DNA of 50,937 nt from contig WELA01001939.1 of NCBI GenBank assembly GCA_009602735.1, positions 105,526 to 156,462 of the forward strand, in the 5' to 3' direction. The stretch is from Mesotaenium endlicherianum. Its lineage: Eukaryota. Under the pieces are notes generated by a model that was not told the origin of the DNA, did no database searches, and saw only the letters and a list, made by a program, of their open reading frames with translations. This document shows positions 37,120 through 49,900 of the stretch, piece by piece (the first letter of the stretch is position 1; each line of letters opens with the position of its first letter). Made by a program: the position numbers and the translations under genes.

Positions 37120-40100
37120 ATGGACGAAGATAGTAGTGAGTTTCAACATGGTATCGGAGCAAGTTCGGGAGGATCTAAGGAGATCCCACAGTTCAATGGC
37201 ACAGAGTATTTGGTATGGGCCGTGAGAGCTAAGGCGGCGCTGAAGCGTTATGACTTGATGTCTATTATCACCGGAGATGATACTATGCCCGTCTTACTCG
37301 TAGCGGGCGACGGAGTCACTGCTGCCCAAGTGACTGCAAACAAGAAGGCTCGTGATGCGTGGCAAAAGAGGGAGAATTTCTGTTACTCCTTGATTGTAAA
37401 GAGTTTGGAGAGAGAACCCCTAGTGAATGATTTCCATCTAGAGACTAGTAAGGAGATGTGGGACGCACTTAAAGAGGACCATGTGAGTGAGAGCATCGCT
37501 AGTCAGCAAAACTTTACTGAGGACTTTACAAGTTTCAAAATGAGAAGTGGTGAGAGCGTGTCTTCATATTTCACAAGGATGGACTTGTTGAGTCAGGAGT
37601 TGACAGCTATAGGTGTTCCAAAGACCGCCTATGAGCAAGCTAAGCAGTTACTGATTGGACTTAGGCCTGAATACGATATGACCAAGGAAGTTTTGCGTAA
37701 CTTACCTAAGGAGCAGCTCACTTTGAGAAAGGCAAGGTTGAGTCTTCTTGATAGAGAGAATGAGTATGAAAGAAAGGCTGGGGAAGGTGTGACTGGTACT
37801 GAGCAAGCGTTTTATGTGTTGGAAGAGAAGCAATACAAGATTCAAGAAGGACGACTGGTGGAGGTGGTGGAGGAAGCAAACATCGCCAGCAGCAGCCAAA
37901 GAAGTGGAGGTCGAGGAGGCAATCAGCCTCAAGGAGGTGGCAAGTCAGTGACGTGCAACAACTGTGGCAAGTCGGGACATATGGCAAGAACCTGCTGGGA
38001 CATCACATGCTACAATTGCAACAAGAAGGGCCACATCTCCAGGAACTGCACTCAGAAGAGAGAAGGTACCACCTTCATCCCCAACATGGAGAATGCTCAT
38101 GCTATGACCATTGAGGAGGCATGCGTGTGTGATGGGCACGATGGAGATGCTTGGTACGTTGACTCAGGGGCATCCAGGCACTCTACGCCACGTAGGGATA
38201 TCTTGCTCGAGTATAAGTCATGCGAGCCCATTCCTATTCGTGTAGGCGATGGCAATATTCTTTATGGAGTTGGTACAGGAAAGGTGGAGTTGGTGGTACA
38301 GGTTAGCAAGGAAGAGTTGCTTTTCACGCTAGAGGATGTCTTGCATACACCACAGCTTGTGAAGAATTTGTTCTCGGTGCCGAAAACTACGTCTTTGGGC
38401 AACAAGGTGATCTTTGAAGGATCAGAGTGTAGAATACTCAACAACGAAGGAGATACAGTAGCTGTAGCTCTCAAGCTCGACAGTAGAGGAAGTTTATTTC
38501 AAGTGAAGGGCCAGGCTAAGCTTGTTTCTGCTTGCCTCGCTCAGGGAACAGAGGTTAGTCAAGTATATTTGGCCCAAGGAGATGCGAAGTTGAAGGGAGA
38601 CATCAACTTTTGGCACCAAAGGTTAGCACATGCAAGTGAACAGAAGCTGAAGCAAATGAGCAAGGACAAGGAGAGGGGTTTACCAGATTTTAGTGGTCAA
38701 ACGCTTGAGTTTTGTAGAGGGTGTCAGATGGGTAAGCAGACAAGGATAGCATTTCCAAAGGAGGGAGCTACAAGAGCCACAGAAGTGCTAAAGTTGGTAC
38801 ATTCGGACGTTTGGGGGCCAGCTAGTATACCAGCAAGGAAGACTTTGCATTCATATTATGTAACATTCACAGATGACTACTCTAGGAAGTCAGAGGTTTA
38901 CTTCATGAGGACCAAGGATCAAGCATTCGAGAAATTCAAGGAGTATAAGGCTATGGTGGAGAAGCAGTGTGAAAAGAGCATCAAAACATTAAGGACAGAC
39001 AATGGGAAAGAATATGTCAATGGGCCCTTCATCAAGTTTCTGGCGGATCAGGGAATCAAACATCAACATACAGTGGCGTACTCACCCCAGCAGAATGGAG
39101 TGGCAGAAAGGTTAAACAGGACGTTGGTGAACTCAGCAAGGTCAATGATATTTGCTGCTGGTCTCCACCCTAGCTTGTAGGCGGAAGCTGTGAAGACAGC
39201 TACGTACGTGTGGGCTCGACTGCCCTCAAGTGCTCTTGATGAGGGGGTTCCAGAGGAGCTATGGAGTGGCAAGAAGGTGTCTGTTGATCGGCTGAGGGTG
39301 TTTGGCACAGAGACTTGGGCGCACATCCCAAAGGAGAAGCGACACAAGCTGCAACCGAAGGCAAAAAGGTGCGTTTTCTTGGGCTATGACACTGACAGCA
39401 AGGGGTACAGGTTGCTGAGGCCAGATACAGGAGTAGTATTTGTGAGCAGAGATGTTGTCTTCAATGAGCGCATTATGGATCCGGGTAGCTCACAAGTGTA
39501 CGATGAGTTTGCATCGAAGGATGATCTTGAGGAGAGAATTCAGAAATTACCATTACCTGTCACATCACTTGGGGAGCATGTCACATCACTTGGGGAGCAA
39601 GCACCTTCGGTCATTCAGCAGCCTGCAGCAAGGGTAGAGGTAGAGCAAAGGGAGGGAAACGAGGAAGCACAAGAGTCTACTCTAAGAGGGGAGTCCACGA
39701 TTGAAAAGGGAATTGCAAGAGGGGCTGTGACACCAGCAGGGGGAGAGGTCTCTACTAGTGGTTTGGATCCTCCTCCACGTAAGAGCTCTAGGGCACGTGT
39801 GCCAACAAAAAGGTTTGAGGACTTTATAACCTCAGCCGAGGATGTAGCTTTGGATGAAGCAGGAGATTTTGAAGTAGCATACATGTTAGATGCTAGCGAG
39901 CCTAAGACTTATGCAGCAGCCATGAAATCTGACTCAGCGGAGAAGTGGAAACAAGCCTCAATTGAGGAAATGGATTCTTTAAGGGCTAATCATACTTGGG
40001 ACTTAGAGGATCTACCACCAGGGAAGAAGGTAGTAGGGGGGAGATGGGTCTACAGGGTGAAGAGAAAAGCCGATGGAATGGTGGGTAGGTACAAAGCTAG

Positions 40101-41418
40101 ATTTGTTGCTAAGGGTTACTCACAGACAGAGGGAGAGGATTATCACGAGACGTTCGCACCGGTAGCTAAGATAGCCACCATCAGAGCAGTGTTGGAGGTT
40201 GCGGCTATAGAGGACTTTGAGATTCACCAGATGGACGTGAAGACGACATTTCTCAATGGGGACTTAGAGGAGGAAGTGTATATGGAGCAGCCAGAGGGAT
40301 TTGTGGATGAGAAGTACCCCAAAAAGGGTTGCAGGTTAAGGAAGTCCTTGTATGGGCTAAAACAATCACCGAGGATGTGGAATCAAAAGATAGATAGCTT
40401 TCTACAACATCATGGGTTCATCAAGTCGGACGCCGATAGCAGTCTTTATATTAGAGGGAAGGGAGATAGCAAGGTGATGTTAATACTTTATGTGGACAAT
40501 CTTTTACTAGTGGGGAAAAGTATGAGTGAGATTCAGAAGGTGAAGGATCTTTTGTCAGCCACCTACGATATGAAGGACTTGGGGGAAGTTGAGTTTGTTT
40601 TGGGCATTCAAGTTAAGAGGGATAGGGAAAACAGGGTTATCATGCTTGGGCAATCAGTGTATCTGCAGACAGTGCTAGAGAGGTTCGACATGCAAGACTC
40701 TAAGCCCATGAGTCTACCTCTAGATCCTAATCACAAGTTGAGTGCGGGCATGTGTGCACAGAGTGAGCAAGAGTGGGAGATGATGTCCCAGGTGCCTTAT
40801 AGGAAGTTAGTGGGTAGTATAATGTATCTCATGGTGTGCACCCGCCCTGATATAGCAAATGCAGTAGGAGTCATCAGTCAGTACATGCAGAATCCAGGAC
40901 CAGCACATTGGGAAGCAGCTAAGAGGATTTTGAGGTATCTTAAGGGAACACCGGATTTGTGGTTACACTTGAGAGAAACTGACAGTGTGAAGCTGGAGGG
41001 CACTAGTGATTCAGATTGGGGCGGTGACCTTGACACTAGAAGGTCAACAACAGGGTATGTCTTTACGATGGGCAAGGGAGCGGTGACATGGAAAAGTAAG
41101 AGGCAAAAGGTAGTGGCATTGTCTTCCATGGAGGCTGAGTATATGGCAGCGTCACAAGCAGTGAGGGAAGCACTTTGGTTGAGAAGACTACTTGAAGACT
41201 TGGGCTATAAACAGGAGTGGGCTACCACAATCTTCAGTGATAGCCAGGGGTGCATTGCTTTGGGAAAGAATACAGTGGACCATAGTAGGAGTAAGCACAT
41301 AGACATTCAATATCATAAAAGTAGAGAGTGTGTACAAGACGGTAGTGTTGAGTTTCGCTACGTGAGAACTGACAGAATGATTGCCGATTCTTTGATAAAG
41401 GNTAAAGGCAGTACCTAG
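37120..41418 (+). pseudogene. Copia gag-pol polyprotein with nonsense and catalytic-site mutations
   Basis: Two CCHC knuckles, WYVDSGAS, WHQRLAH..CRGC, HSDVWGP, TDNGKEY, QNGVAER, YKARFVAKG, SDSDWGGD. In-frame TAG at 39178-39180 replaces the conserved W of LWAEA; RT motif reads YVDN instead of YVDD. Confidence 0.92.
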
Positions 41419-43300
41419 GACAAAGCATCAGTGGTGTGCTTCTATTTTTGGTTTGAGACATTTTGTTTCAAAGTAGAATAGGAGATGAGAGGGAGTGTTG
41501 GAATATGGTCCGTAGACCGACACTCCTAATTCTACCTTGTCGTGACTAGGCGAGTGGGTGTCGCGTCGATACGTGACGCACGCCAGGGTGTCGATAGCCT
41601 TGCTTGATTTATCATTAGCTAGTTCGGTTCGTAAGTTAGTCATTTGTTGGTAGTCGTTCGAATAAGTTAGTAATTATGAGTTGTCACTTTCACACGACAA
41701 CGAAGATGTCGTGAACGTTTGTGAACGTTCACGAACGATCGTGAACGTTTGTTAGGGGTGGCGGGGTGGCAAGGTGGCGGGGTGGCGCATAGAGTTCACA
41801 GAGTATAGTGAGCTATTTAAGACTAGAAAATGTAACCCAGAAAACTAACTCAGTAAAAGTGAAGAGTTGGGCACCTTGTGTACTTTTCGTGTTATCATAT
41901 GTTTTGAGTCTGAGTTCGTTCAAGTGTGAGTGATAGAGTGTGCCATGGACGAAGATAGTAGTGAGTTTCAACCCTAGGGCCCTTTCATTTCCTCACTTTT
42001 GTCCATATTCATTTCCACTTGCGCGTCGCTGAGCCCAAGTGCATATGGTTGTCCTTGAAGTGGAAGGTCCATTGCACCCCTCAACTCGAGCCTTTTGTTT
42101 GCACCCGAACGCTGCTATGCCCTCCCCCATAGAGACTTCAAGGCATGATGTGGGGGCAGGGCATGGCAACCCTAGAGGAAGGGTTTCTACCGTCCTCGTC
42201 GTTTAACCCTAATCCCACTCGGCCGCTCTCTGTCTAGAATGCCTTCAGCCTTCAGCCCTAGTTTCAGATTCACAAACTTTTATTGGTGGACAACTTCAAC
42301 CTCATCGTTTTCTCGCAGCTGTCTCTTCTAAATATGAAGGGGCAGTAACTGTGATGTGACGGATATCTTGCAGCGCTGGCCCTTTGGAGCCCTCTCTAAC
42401 CCTACAGACTACGCCCTCACAAACCTACTTGGGTATTGTTTACAGGTGCCAACCCCAGACAAACCCTATGCCCAGAGGGCAGCTTTTGGGTGTGATTGAT
42501 CCTTACTTGATGCTTCTGCTATCAAGATCTGTCAGCCAGCCCCCTAGCAGCTTGGCAGAGGCCCTGTCCCTTGCCTTGTGCGAATGCTCAATTGTGAGCT
42601 CTTAGAGAGCTTTCTGGTTCTGCCCCGGGGCTGTGGGCCGCCCCACTAGCTGCGGTTGCTTTCTCACGCCATTTTCATTCTGGCTGCAGCCACTTGCACA
42701 ACATCAGCACCAAGTGAGCCTGTTCGAATCCTCGTCACATTGAGGATAGCCGGGGAACCTCGAGCTGTCATTTTGTTGTGACCCTAATCCTATCCTCGCC
42801 TCTTTTCCTCCCACCTGAGGCCATCCATCCCTCGCAAGAAGATCCCTGCAGCCGGAGAACTTCACTCTGACCAAGCGAAGCCTTTGCCAACGCTCAAGCC
42901 TGAATAACTTTGTTAAATGACAACTGTTGTGGGATATCCAGAGGCTTGAAGTCCTTCAGCTCTCACTGAGCCTGGCAACTTGCGTATGAGGGGACAACTG
43001 TTTGTGTTGCGGTGCGTGCAAACCCCCGCGCGCGTTTGCACATATTACGACATTAACTGCTCCTCACGACACCTGTCTGGCAGGTTTTTCGTCAACCCTG
43101 CTTGTCCTAGGCAGTGCTTTACAGACTTGCTTCCAGGAGTGACTGTGAGGGCTCTACGGTGTGCTGAGGTTTGGAACTTTTGTGGTCACAGGAGCTGGAC
43201 AGTAAGAGAGCATGTGTGAGAATGTCTTATTTTTATGTGCGTGCGTGTTTGCGTGTTTGCATGTGCGTGCGCGCGCGTGCGTGGGTGCATACGTGTGTGC

Positions 43301-43331
<31 letters not shown>

Positions 43332-46183
43332 TGCGTGTGCGGGCGCGTGTGTGCACGTGTGAGTGTGCTCGCGCACATACGCGCGTGCGCAAGGGCAAGT
43401 ATGCTTTTTGCGGTCCCTTTTGCTTCTATTTTCAAGGCTATATGAGAGATTCCTAAGTGGTATGAAATGGCTACAGCCTGCAGGGATGTGCCAGGAAGGT
43501 GACTTCAGTTGTTTTTGAAACAAGAGAATCAACAAGCAGACGCCATGCAGCTGCCCACCAACCCTCATCAATCATACAGGCATGCATGACTCATGAGCAT
43601 GGCACATCAGAAGTTCAAGTCAGCTAAGGGCGGCAGCTGTAGCAGCACCGTGCCTAGCTGTCTCTCCCCCCAACCACACCTGTCTCCGACGCGTACGCGC
43701 TTGCCCTTGCCCCCGTGCTCCTCCTCACACCCTTTCCCTGTCTGAGCTACAGCTACAGGAGCAAGGGGTGCCCGCCACCTAGCGCGACAGTCCGCCCCGA
43801 GGAGGCGACCAGCGTTGACAGCTTCCAGGGCCGCGGCAGCGGCAGCTGGGCGGCAGCAGGGCGGCAGCAGCTGGCGCTGCGCTGGATTGGCAAGATGACG
43901 GCAGCTGACAATGTGTGCACAGCACACACAACGAAACAGTTGCACCCCAACCCTTCTTCCTGCTGCTCCTGCGGCGCCTCAATCTTCTAACACTAACAGC
44001 CACGGCTGCAGCCGCGGCACGGCTGCCATTGTGAGCAGGGCCGAGGTCCACCATCAGCTGGCCGGCCGCCAACCCCCGTCCTGCGAGCAGCCAAGAGCCG
44101 TCCTAGGCTTATTTATGCGGAGCTCAACCTTCAGTCTTACTGCTGAGTAGCAGGCTGTCAGTTTCCTTTCCCTCCCCCTTTCCCTGGTCTCAAGGTCTGT
44201 GCCCCTTGAAGACCCACCCTACTGGTTCTCCAAGTGTCCAGCATTCCTCCGCCCACTTAGCAGTACCTTCGCCCGCCTGGCAGCAGTGTTGCCCACATTG
44301 CAACCTTCCATGAGTCCCGGGTTTTCCTCCTAGTAGCAGCCTCCAGACTTGCACATGAGCCTCACGGTTGCCACCTGGCAGCTTCATAGGAGCTCGACAG
44401 GCCATTGCCATCCACCTGGTGGCCTCTCGAGTCTCCAGAGTCTGAAGCCCCTGCACTGCAGCAACATTGGCAAGGGGCGGCAGCCGCGGTCAACAGGCGG
44501 TAGTCTGCTGCGCAGGCCGCAGAGGCGGGCCTTGCCTGGAGCCCAAGGTGCCGCTGGTCTCGAGGCCCGAGAGGTGGACAGCTGGCAGAGTGGGCATGAC
44601 TCATGAGGCTGCTAATGATATGTGATCAATATATGGGAGTTCGTTACCATGGTTGGAGTGAAGAGCTTACCACAGTAACAAGTGCTTGCATGAAGGCCCT
44701 CTGGCAATCACAATAAGTAACAGAGATTGGGGAACATAGGCATATCATGGACGCTACAGGAGAGGGCGCCTCCACTCCAACACCCCACCGCCATGTAGAT
44801 AGAGGTGACAAAGAACCTTCTCTTTAACCCTGAATGCTCAGGCACTGCATCCGTCTTTTGAAATCCGAAGACGTCTAGATGAAAGCGCTCTGTCATCGTC
44901 CCCTCCTCTGTAGACATAACGTACTCGCAAGCAATCAATCAGCTAGGGCGGTGAGGGCAGAATGTATCGCGATGTGTTTCGCACGCAACATAGGTGAAAA
45001 GAATGATGTAGTAAATGTAAAACGGAATTGCTTACAATGTGGACAAGAAGACGAACGAGTTGTAGTTCTTGGGCGATACATCAGAAGGGACTTGGCCGTG
45101 TCTTTACCCCCAACTCCATGTAGCTGTTACAATGTTAGTTTTGTTTCAAGACACTCCTATTATCAATACTTACAACCTTGATTTCTGTTAGATGCCAGTT
45201 AGTGCCCACGTACGCACAAGGCGGAAAATTACAACAATGCTACTTCAACATACGATGGCAGATGCATTGTTACAGAAGCAAGCTAGTAGTGAGTGATTAT
45301 TTGGAGCAATTCTCTGTGGTGACTAGTTTTCAGCGCAGAATATAGTGCAAGAATCTACAAAATCACTCCCAAACGCAAATTTAAGATGCTCATTTATATT
45401 TTCCCCCACCTGGGGTGCGTGCGGACATAGAAAATCTTGCATTTTATGTCAGTATTTGGTATATGTATATTTTACTTATAAAAGTTGCTCGTAGGTATTG
45501 TGACCGACCAAAATATGTTTCAAGATGTATTTTCCACATATGCAGGCATTAAACATAGCCAACTTGGACTCCACAAATGAAACAAACGATGAAAATACTA
45601 TGTAACACAAAGGAGCTCTCCTCCATGTATTGTCTTCTCTCCTCTGTGGTACAATGTGCACCCATGCATCGACAAACTCCTCACAAGACTATTGCACTTG
45701 TGCACTCAATCACCACCCATGGCAAAGTTGGAATCAGTCACTAGCTGGCACTATTGTGAAATGCAGTTGGTGCATATGAGTTGACTGGAGGTGCGACTGT
45801 TGCTCCTCGTCACAAACAAGAATTACTCTCAACGGCCTAGAAACTGATATCTGGCATTCACAACGCTCAAATAAAAATGGACGTACCTTTCTCTTCTACA
45901 AATCCACAAGTACAAGCTCCCATCCGCATAACCTGTGCTCACACAAGCCCTTATAGTAAACTACCCTACCCCACCCCTGTTAAAGGCCTTACACACGAAA
46001 ATTTTCGTGCTTGGCGCTTGCCCGATATATGGCGGGCAAAAAATGAATGAAGGATACGCAAAACTTGGCCGACTACAGCGTGTAACATGCCAGCCAACCA
46101 AGGGCACTATATAAATCGCCAAAGACCTGCTAAGCAAATTGACGAAAAGAGTGATCAATATACGAAACCCAAAGAAAAAAAAA

Positions 46184-46961
46184 TTACACAGAAAGAGGAG
46201 CCTGAGGAGGCACGGAGTCTTCTATTGATCTGATAATGTCAGCCATGCCGCCCCCCCGCTCCAGCACTCCCACCACCGCCTCGTGCAGCTTCTGGTGCGT
46301 CTTCAAGAGGGTGAAGGCCTGAAGCACTGCCCAGCGGGCCTGGTTCGACATCTGCAAAGCGACAGAAGAGTGCAATGGTGCGCCAAATGACCATCAATGC
46401 TGCGTCGACAAGCATATTATCTGATCTCAAAAGTTGAAAAGTTACGGAAATGGTAAGAGGAGGCCAGGGGCTGGCTCGGACAGCCGGGGGCTGCCCGGAA
46501 TTTCCGGCTACTGCCAGCTCATCGCACCCTCCTCTGTGGAGATGCTTGTGATGTGCGGCAACGGTCACCTTCCACGATGCACTTCTGAATCCGGGACCTC
46601 TGGCACTGAAGACTAAGCGAGCAGCCAAAGCAGCAGGCTTCAGCGGCGGCGCGAGATAAGTATGCAGTTGCAGTTGTGATTTCTTTTTTTTTGTGATGCT
46701 TACTGACCAGACACGTGCACTCGAGTACGGGCTGAATGGACGAAGGTGGCGAGGAGTGGGGTGTGGGCGTGGCAGGAGCAGGTGCCAGAGCGTGCCGACC
46801 ACGCACCAACGCACACAAGCGCGCACACACACACACACACACATACACACACACACAAAAATGGACAGACACACGCGCGTACGCGCGCATGTCACAGGCA
46901 CAGACACACTTACAACCACCTCTATACATACACAAGCACACACACACACACACATACATAT

Positions 46962-46993
<32 letters not shown>

Positions 46994-49900
46994 CAAGCCC
47001 GCTCGCTCGCAAAGCGCGCCAAGCATGGGCAACGCCAAGCACATCCCGCTCGCTCGCACGCTTGCACGCCAAAAAACACGGACGACGCCACGGCACATCC
47101 TCCTACCTTAGCGGCAGACCACGGCGGCTGCAGCTCCAGCACGAGCGCCTTGAAGAGGTTCTCGTCGCTCTCGCCGCCCTCCGCCTCGCCGTACACCAGC
47201 GCCTCCGCCGCTATGCCTGCAAACAGCACCACGTGGTACCTGCAACCAACCGCCGTGCTCTTCTCGGAGCCTCAGTACCTTCCCTGGGTAATCACAACAA
47301 GGCATGAGACGAGGTACTCGTGTGTTGGCTTGGGACGGGATGGACGTCATGGAAAGTGAAAGTCACACGTTGCTTGGGCGTCACCAGCCTGCTAAGAGGG
47401 GCTGGAGGCGGAGGAGAAAAAGGGGAGAAGGAAGGGGAAGGAAAGACACAAGGCGAAGGAAAAAGGAAAGGGAAGGAGAAGGAGAATGAAAAGAGGAAGG
47501 GGAAGAGCATGGGAAGGGCAGGGAGGAATCGGGATTGGGGAGGGAAAGAGAAAGGGGAAGACAATCCGGAAGGAAAAAATTGAAGAGAAGAAGGGGGGNN
47601 NNNNNNNNNNNNNNNNNNNNNNNNNNNNNNNNNNNNNNNNNNNNNNNNNNNNNNNNNNNNNNNNNNNNNNNNNNNNNNNNNNNNNNNNNNNNNNNNNNNN
47701 NNNNNNNNNNNNNNNNNNNNNNNNNNNNNNNNNNNNNNNNNNNNNNNNNNNNNNNNNNNNNNNNNNNNNNNNNNNNNNNNNNNNNNNNNNNNNNNNNNNN
47801 NNNNNNNNNNNNNNNNNNNNNNNNNNNNNNNNNNNNNNNNNNNNNNNNNNNNNNNNNNNNNNNNNNNNNNNNNNNNNNNNNNNNNNNNNNNNNNNNNNNN
47901 NNNNNNNNNNNNNNNNNNNNNNNNNNNNNNNNNNNNNNNNNNNNNNNNNNNNNNNNNNNNNNNNNNNNNNNNNNNNNNNNNNNNNNNNNNNNNNNNNNNN
48001 NNNNNNNNNNNNNNNNNNNNNNNNNNNNNNNNNNNNNNNNNNNNNNNNNNNNNNNNNNNNNNNNNNNNNNNNNNNNNNNNNNNNNNNNNNNNNNNNNNNN
48101 NNNNNNNNNNNNNNNNNNNNNNNNNNNNNNNNNNNNNNNNNNNNNNNNNNNNNNNNNNNNNNNNNNNNNNNNNNNNNNNNNNNNNNNNNNNNNNNNNNNN
48201 NNNNNNNNNNNNNNNNNNNNNNNNNNNNNNNNNNNNNNNGGGGGGGGGGGCTTTATTGGGGGAAGTAGGACCAGGGCGACAAGTTCCAAGAGAGCTCCGC
48301 TCCGTCAGTGCGTAACAGGCGCTGCTTGTGCAGGGCTGTTGCTGGCAGAGGCTGGAAATGCCGAGTCAGTCTTAGGATTGGTGTGATATCAGGGGTTCGG
48401 GTATTAGCTTGAATGTCAGAACTATCGCAGAAAATGTTAGAACCTAAACCCGACGGACACGGCTTCTATGCTCCATCCCCCACAGCATGCTTGCAGGCGT
48501 GTGTGTATGTGTGCCTGCGCGTGCGTGCATGCATGCGTGTAGTTGTGCGCCTTCTTCTTCTGCTACTGATGTACACGAGTGCAAGAGTGCGCACAAACGT
48601 GCAAGGCCACTTGCACGCGCACGCATCTGCTGACAGCAGGTCGCAGAGATGCAGGAGCCCGGAGGTTGCCCCGGCGGCCTTTCCCACGAGACCAAAGGCG
48701 CACATAATCCTAAAGCACGTGACGCCGGTGCACGTGACTCTCAAGCAGGTTCCCTTGCAAGGTGGCACGACTGCAAAAACCTAACTGCTGTTCAATATCA
48801 GCATTGGAGGGGCAAAAGAATGGAGGAGCACAGTGACCGAAGACGTGAGAAAGAGGGGGGGCAAGGGAGGTAGGGCGTGGGTGCCAGCCAATGGCGGCGA
48901 TGCGAGGCTGCGGGAGGTGGCAACAGGTGGCAACAGGTGGCAACAGGTGGCAGGAGGGGCAACGTCAACAAACGCAGGGGACCGGTGGCTGCAGAGGTAG
49001 CTGAGACCCGGCCCATTTATCCCGACTTTGAGAGATACACAGCGAGACAGCAAGGCAATGGGCAATGGGATGCCCCCCCCCAAGCAGAGGAGGGGGCGCG
49101 CGACGGAGCAGGCAAGACAGCGAGGCGGCGAGATGTGCAGCGGGGGAGCACTCAGAAGTGAGCAAAGAAGCGAGCGAGGGAGGTTCCTGGGCGAGCGCGC
49201 ATACCCCGCAGCTGCCAGTGAGAGAGGACGAAGGTGTGTGCTCCGAAGGGGCTGCTCTGATGTCTGGCTTTAAGATCTTGTCACTTTGGGGTCTCGTCAC
49301 CGAGCAGGCATAATCGGTTCCCGCGGTTTAGTGTTTCGGTTAGTCGATCAGAGGGCGTAGATGCCACAGCTGCGGGGCTTGGCTTAGGGTTCAAGGGTTT
49401 TGGCCAGCAAGAGGGCCAAGTGGGCAGAGTTCCCCCGTCTTCGGGTAGTGGGTATGAGGTTTAGCAAGCAGAGGAAGATACGGCATAGGGGCGGGTGAAG
49501 GAGGAGGGCCACACGTGGCCCTGGATGCCGAGACTGGGGCATTGGTTTTAGCCAGCGAGAGGGCGCGGGGGTCTGCTTCGGGGAAGTGCTTAGGGTCAGG
49601 GTTTAGAGTATAAAGAGGGGGGCTCACCTGGCCCTGGATGCCGAGACGCACAGCCTGCCCGGCGTCCAGAATCACGCCCCGCACGGGGCACCCCAGCAGG
49701 TACGCTGCCACGTGGCAGCACGTCCCCCCCCCNNNNNNNNNNNNNNNNNNNNNNNNNNNNNNNNNNNNNNNNNNNNNNNNNNNNNNNNNNNNNNNNNNNN
49801 NNNNNNNNNNNNNNNNNNNNNNNNNNNNNNNNNNNNNNNNNNNNNNNNNNNNNNNNNNNNNNNNNNNNNNNNNNNNNNNNNNNNNNNNNNNNNNNNNNNN

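Larger units (their letters stand above)
36671..41973 (+). mobile_element. Full-length but disabled Ty1/copia LTR retrotransposon
   Basis: 478-bp LTRs 36671-37148 and 41496-41973 (about 9 internal mismatches plus altered outer bases); PBS TGGTATCGGAGC 37149-37160; PPT ~41477-41495; domain order gag-PR-IN-RT-RH. Confidence 0.97.

Noticed and set aside
39178..39180. Possible programmed stop-codon readthrough in the copia ORF
   Set aside because: The TAG replaces the conserved Trp of LWAEA inside integrase, and RT also has YVDN, so this is ordinary decay.
42250..44600. Faint LRR/F-box-like words (LQPENFTLT, QRLEVLQLSL, CRARWRAPL, GLSSLQSL)
   Set aside because: Too short, on mixed strands and interrupted by stops; cannot be supported without an alignment search.
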